DNA of 63,161 nucleotides, counting the filler, from Octopus bimaculoides (Eukaryota): assembly GCF_001194135.2 (NCBI RefSeq). It is 6 parts of 4 records of this genome, joined end to end, with 100 filler letters (N's around TTAATTAATTAA, not from the genome) between each part and the next. Parts side by side here need not be neighbours in the genome. Positions count along the whole stretch, not along the records: positions 50,732 to 63,161 come from NC_068997.1; 5 more parts are not named here. One strand, given 5' to 3'. Below, in pieces: positions 58,172 to 63,161 of this stretch. Each line of letters opens with the position of its first letter. Position 1 is the first letter of the stretch. The position numbers and the translations under genes are program-made. The notes under the pieces are model-generated. The model was given only the letters and a program-made list of their open reading frames with translations. It did no database searches and had not been told where the DNA came from.

Positions 58172-59464
58172 CTGCAAGGATACAGAGAGGAAAACCACGC
58201 GTGGATGTAGACAGTAATATGGGTACCGTGCACTTGCATGGACATGGATATACTCACAACTAGGCCTTATATATCGTATATACATATATACATACATCAA
58301 ACGGATACGTGCATCTTTACAATCCTATCTGTTGGCAGACACTCAGATTAGCTGCCAGAACAAGAGTCTATTCACATTTATTACCAATAAAGAACATTGG
58401 TGTGACGTACCATAAAAAATAATGGTATTGAAACTGTTCTCTGACGTAGCGAGCAAAAAGCCTACTCTGCTGAAAAATATGTATCGTTCGGATAAAATTA
58501 TAAATATGCATGTATGAACGCATGGTTATGTGAATAGATGCCACAAAACCTCCCAAAACTAGACACCAATATCCAAACATTGCCCAAGCTAAATTAGTTA
58601 CCTACAAAACGAAAGATAGCGATCTCGACGGACTATGAATTCACAAACACTTTCCACTTTACAAGAATGAACAACTCAGAAAAGCGAAACTAAAAGGTAA
58701 CAAATTCACGATCGAGCATAACATATATGCATTCCCATCATCAGCTGCCCAAACGGATGCCACTATGGTTTCGACACCCGAGGAGTACCACTCAATCCAG
58801 TGATGTCAACAGCGTTAAAAATATAACCGTTACCTGGGATATCTCCAGCTTATATTGTTACCTGGAATTTCTCCAGCTTATTACTACAAGTAACAATATA
58901 AGAGTAAACAAATAGGGATAACTTATAGCTACGAAATAGTATTTATAACAAAGAACAATGTCTTAAGTTGTAAACAAGACGAACTACAGTGAACTAATGA
59001 GGAACCTACAATTTTCGTATCCTGCCTGTTATTGGTTGTTTCATGCTGGGTATTTTCCAAGAGAGAACAAAGCAAATCGATTCACATCCTCCAGATCTGA
59101 TCGAATTGTGGCACATTGAAGATTTTACAATGTTACAACTTCTGTCTTATTTGAGGTACCTAAAGTGAATATACTGACTCAGACGTGATCATATGGTATA
59201 GAGATACATAGCCATAAAGCGGAGACACTCACACACACAAAAACACTAATTCATATATTGAAAAATCTATCGAGCTGACGTAACAACCCTAACCCTCCGA
59301 TAAAGAAAAAAAAAATAATAAATGACTTACCAATAAACGGACCAGCTGGAATTCTGCGAAGAGCTTAAATAAATCTCAACAAAAACCATACATTAATAAA
59401 TAAACACACAGCTGAAACACGCTAACACACATGTATGCAGGCTCACATACGTACACACATACAA

Positions 59465-59507
<43 letters not shown>

Positions 59508-59846
59508 NNNNNNNNNNNNNNNNNNNNNNNNNNNNNNNNNNNNNNNNNNNNNNNNNNNNNNNNNNNNNNNNNNNNNNNNNNNNNNNNNNNNNNTATATAT
59601 ATATATATCCATAGATAGACACATACATATGTAAACACGTATGTGTGTTTGTACATATACAGTAGCACTGTATCTGGCTAATACAATTAATTTATGAAAT
59701 ATTGATGTCAATGTGTATGAACGTGAAGTAATTAATTATAGCAAACCGAGATGGCATCTAAAATATAAGACACGACAGCAACGACAACAGGAATAACAAC
59801 AGCAACAACACCAACAGGAAGAAGAAGAAGAAGAAGAACAACAATA

Positions 59847-60032
59847 ATGGTTTCAAATTTTGTCACAAAGGCAGTAATTTGGGGGGAGGGGATGAGTCGA
59901 TTACATCGACTCTAGTATTTGACGCGTGCTTAATTTATCGACCCCAGAAGGATGACCAGCAAAATCGATCTCGGCGAAATCTGAACTTAGAACGTTGCGA
60001 CGGGCGAAATACCACAAAGTATTTCGCTAATG
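59847..60032 (-). mobile_element. SINE family A copy (tail type 2)
   Basis: ggtttcaaattttgtcacaaaggc..gagtcgattacatcgac..tttatcgacccc.gaaggatga. Confidence 0.8.
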
Positions 60033-60262
60033 ATAATAATGATTTGTATTATAAGCACAAGGCCTGAAATCTTGAAGAAGGGGCAGTTTTGGGGCAGAGT
60101 TTTTCATCACGCATGAATAAGATCCCCCGAAAGTGCCCAGGTGAGGACTAAAAGCAGGGGCCGAAGATTTGAGGCATTGACTAAAATTTAGATGTTTTCC
60201 AATTTTTTTAAAACTCCTCCAACGTCATAGGGAAGAAAGCAAATTATGTTTGGATGAATAAG

Positions 60263-60294
<32 letters not shown>

Positions 60295-60943
60295 CTTATT
60301 AAATAAAACGAGTTGGGCGCAAAAAACTGATATAGGGACCAGACAACAAGGACCAATAAAAGAAACCCATTAGATATAGATTGCGTTTTCTATGAAGAGT
60401 AAGTGCCTTGAATCAGTTTTTTTCTCGAAGACCTTTTGGATTTTAGCACCGGTGGAAGAAAATATGCAGTGAAAATATATTTGAAGTGTTTGTCTGTGTC
60501 TTTTCTAATACATTATCGACCCACGGAAGTATAAAATGAAAAATCGATTCAGGCGCTATTTGAACTCAGAATGCAAACAGGTATATCGAGATTTTCACAA
60601 CAGTACAAAGATAATTAATAGGTAGGGGAACATAAATGAATTATATGGTCCTATAATATTACCGGTATTGTGGAATATTTGGGAATTTGATGGCAGAAGT
60701 CTAAATTCTGCGAGAGTCTATGATTTTCATGGAGCATTCTCCCTTTTCTTTTTGTCTCAAAGAACGTGGACATGAATGATACCAGGGACCTTTTGGCACC
60801 AGTGGCCACAATAGTGCCAGGGGCGTATAGGGACGGAGCTGAATACTATTGTACATGACAAACATACACAGACACATATATTCATACACATACACACGCG
60901 CAAATGTGCGCGCGCACACATACATATATGAATATATATAATA

Positions 60944-61312
60944 CTCTTTTATTCTTTTACTTGTTTCAGTCATTTGACTGTAGCCATGCTGGAGTACCAC
61001 CTTGAGGGGTTTTAATCGAACAAATCGACTCCAGCACTTAGTTTTTTTTAAAGTCTAGTACTTATTCTATTAGTTCTTTTGCTGAAACGCTAAGTTACAG
61101 AGACATAAACACACCAACACCGGTTCTCAAGCTGTGATGGTGGGTCATATACACACACACATGCACATAAACATAGATATATACATATATGTTTGACGGG
61201 CTACGTTCAGATTCCGTCCACCAAATCCCTTCACGAGGATTTGGTCGGCCCGAGGCTATATGAGAAAACACTTGCCCAGGGTGCCACACACTGGGACTGA
61301 ACCCGAGACCAT

Positions 61313-61315
<3 letters not shown>
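60944..61315 (-). mobile_element. SINE family B, bipartite copy
   Basis: ttttacttgtttcagtcatttgactg..gccatgctggag..ctagtacttattctat.. plus ..ggtcggcccgaggcta..cacttgcccagggtgccac..gggactgaaccc. Confidence 0.9.
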
Positions 61316-61368
<53 letters not shown>

Positions 61369-62066
61369 TAGATATGTTTGTGTTGTCCTTTATATATGAA
61401 TATGTGTGAGCATGTATATAAGTGTGTTGGAATGCGCTTCTAGTTTATATAGAAGAGCCTTCTGCGACTGAATTCAATATATCTTATAAATGACAATCAT
61501 ATTCCTTTGTGAAACAATCATATTGTAGACCCAAACGCTGTTAATTCCTCAAACATTTTAAGACGATATTAATCATATCTTCTAAATGAAAAGACGATGT
61601 GGATTTCTGTCGCTACGCTTCGTAGTAGGCAGCGAGAGATCATTGGGAAAATGATACGACTAATGCATTCGTCATCAGCGTACTTCTGTCGTATCAGGGT
61701 GTTAATTTGTCATTTGTTTACAGCTGTAAATATACCTTTAATAAAATTATTTTCAATTTTCTCGTGGAATTCTATGAAAATATATGCGCACAATTGCCGT
61801 CGTCGTATTCAGATATTGAGGTCAAAACTGTCATCAGAAACTAAATAGAAAAATGGATGTTATTGTTCCAAAGTATATACACGTGACTGTTTAGGGATTA
61901 TAAAGATTTCTTTTAATTAAAAATTACTGAAAGTAAACATAGCCATGTTTAAAATTCAAAATTTGAAAGAGAAGATATTACCTGCATATGCAAATGTAAT
62001 TTATATTACCTGCATATGCAAATCTAATTTATAGGTATATTAAAACCCATATACCTCTATCCGTGT

Positions 62067-62117
<51 letters not shown>

Positions 62118-62527
62118 NNNNNNNNNNNNNNNNNNNNNNNNNNNNNNNNNNNNNNNNNNNNNNNNNNNNNNNNNNNNNNNNNNNNNNNNNNNNNNNNNNN
62201 NNNNNNNNNNNNNNNNNNNNNNNNNNNNNNNNNNNNNNNNNNNNNNNNNNNNNNNNNNNNNNNNNNNNNNNNNNNNNNNNNNNNNNNNNNNNNNNNNNNN
62301 NNNNNNNNNNNNNNNNNNNNNNNNNNNNNNNNNNNNNNNNNNNNNNNNNNNNNNNNNNNNNNNNNNNNNNNNNNNNNNNNNNNNNNNNNNNNNNNNNNNN
62401 NNNNNNNNNNNNNNNNNNNNNNNNNNNNNNNNNNNNNNNNNNNNNNNNNNNNNNNNNNNNNNNNNNNNNNNNNNNNNNNNNNNNNNNNNNNNNNNNNNNN
62501 NNNNNNNNNNNNNNNNNNNNNNNNNNN

Positions 62528-62571
<44 letters not shown>

Positions 62572-62755
62572 AATATATGTTCGCTGTAATCTTAAGATCT
62601 ATGGAAGCTAGTTGCAAATAACTTTGAATAAACAAGAGAATGTCTATTTACAGTTTTTTTCTATTTTGGAATATAAAAGAACATACGGATTTCTAAATAT
62701 TATTTATATATCACAGCATTTAACGGGCGCTTTACATTTATGATACACACACACG

Positions 62756-62828
<73 letters not shown>

Positions 62829-63124
62829 ACAAACATATATATATATATACACACATATATATGTACAGGTATATGGACATATGTCTTTATGCACATACGT
62901 ACTGACCTGTGCGTATAAGGATAGATATTTTCTACTGAATAGTTCACATTCATGTGAGTGTGTATATATACACAAATATCTACATCTTATCTGAATATAT
63001 CTCAGCGCAACTCTAGAGTTGTAGAAATAGAATTTAGTCGAGATTAGATATAAACGTAATATTGTATATTAAATTTTGCAAAACGATACGTTAGGAACAT
63101 AACAACGAGATTACAAATATACCT

Positions 63125-63161
<37 letters not shown>

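Noticed and set aside
58744-58830. Plus-strand peptide CPNGCHYGFDTRG (EGF-like?)
   Set aside because: Only two cysteines, an in-frame stop follows, and no good donor.
7925-62611. Long ORFs of 150-450 aa in the track
   Set aside because: They run through N gaps (X) or microsatellites (poly-HT, YI, CV, S, I, N); not real proteins.

Overview
AT-rich, repeat-saturated eukaryotic genomic DNA with many N gaps. The SINE families and microsatellite load look like Octopus/cephalopod, but that is recognition from memory, not a search result. There are no prokaryotic features, no CRISPR array and no intact long gene, and the long ORFs in the track are N runs or microsatellites. Content: decayed Penelope-like elements with hammerhead-type motifs in their pseudo-LTRs; a same-strand cluster of R4/Dong-type RLE LINE remnants in (ATT)n tracts; RTE and CR1 LINE remnants; Tigger/pogo and DD37D-like Tc1/mariner fossils; several MITEs and foldbacks; and two abundant SINE families. 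Two features stand out. (1) A TSD-flanked ~1.6 kb non-LTR element (15434-17050, minus) that appears to carry only an L1/Tx1-like ORF1, sits inside a SINE head, and shares its 3' tail with one SINE subfamily. (2) A probable first coding exon of a minus-strand host gene with a signal peptide (ATG at 48994), too short for the ORF track. SINE and remnant boundaries are approximate, and all alignments and folds were done by eye.
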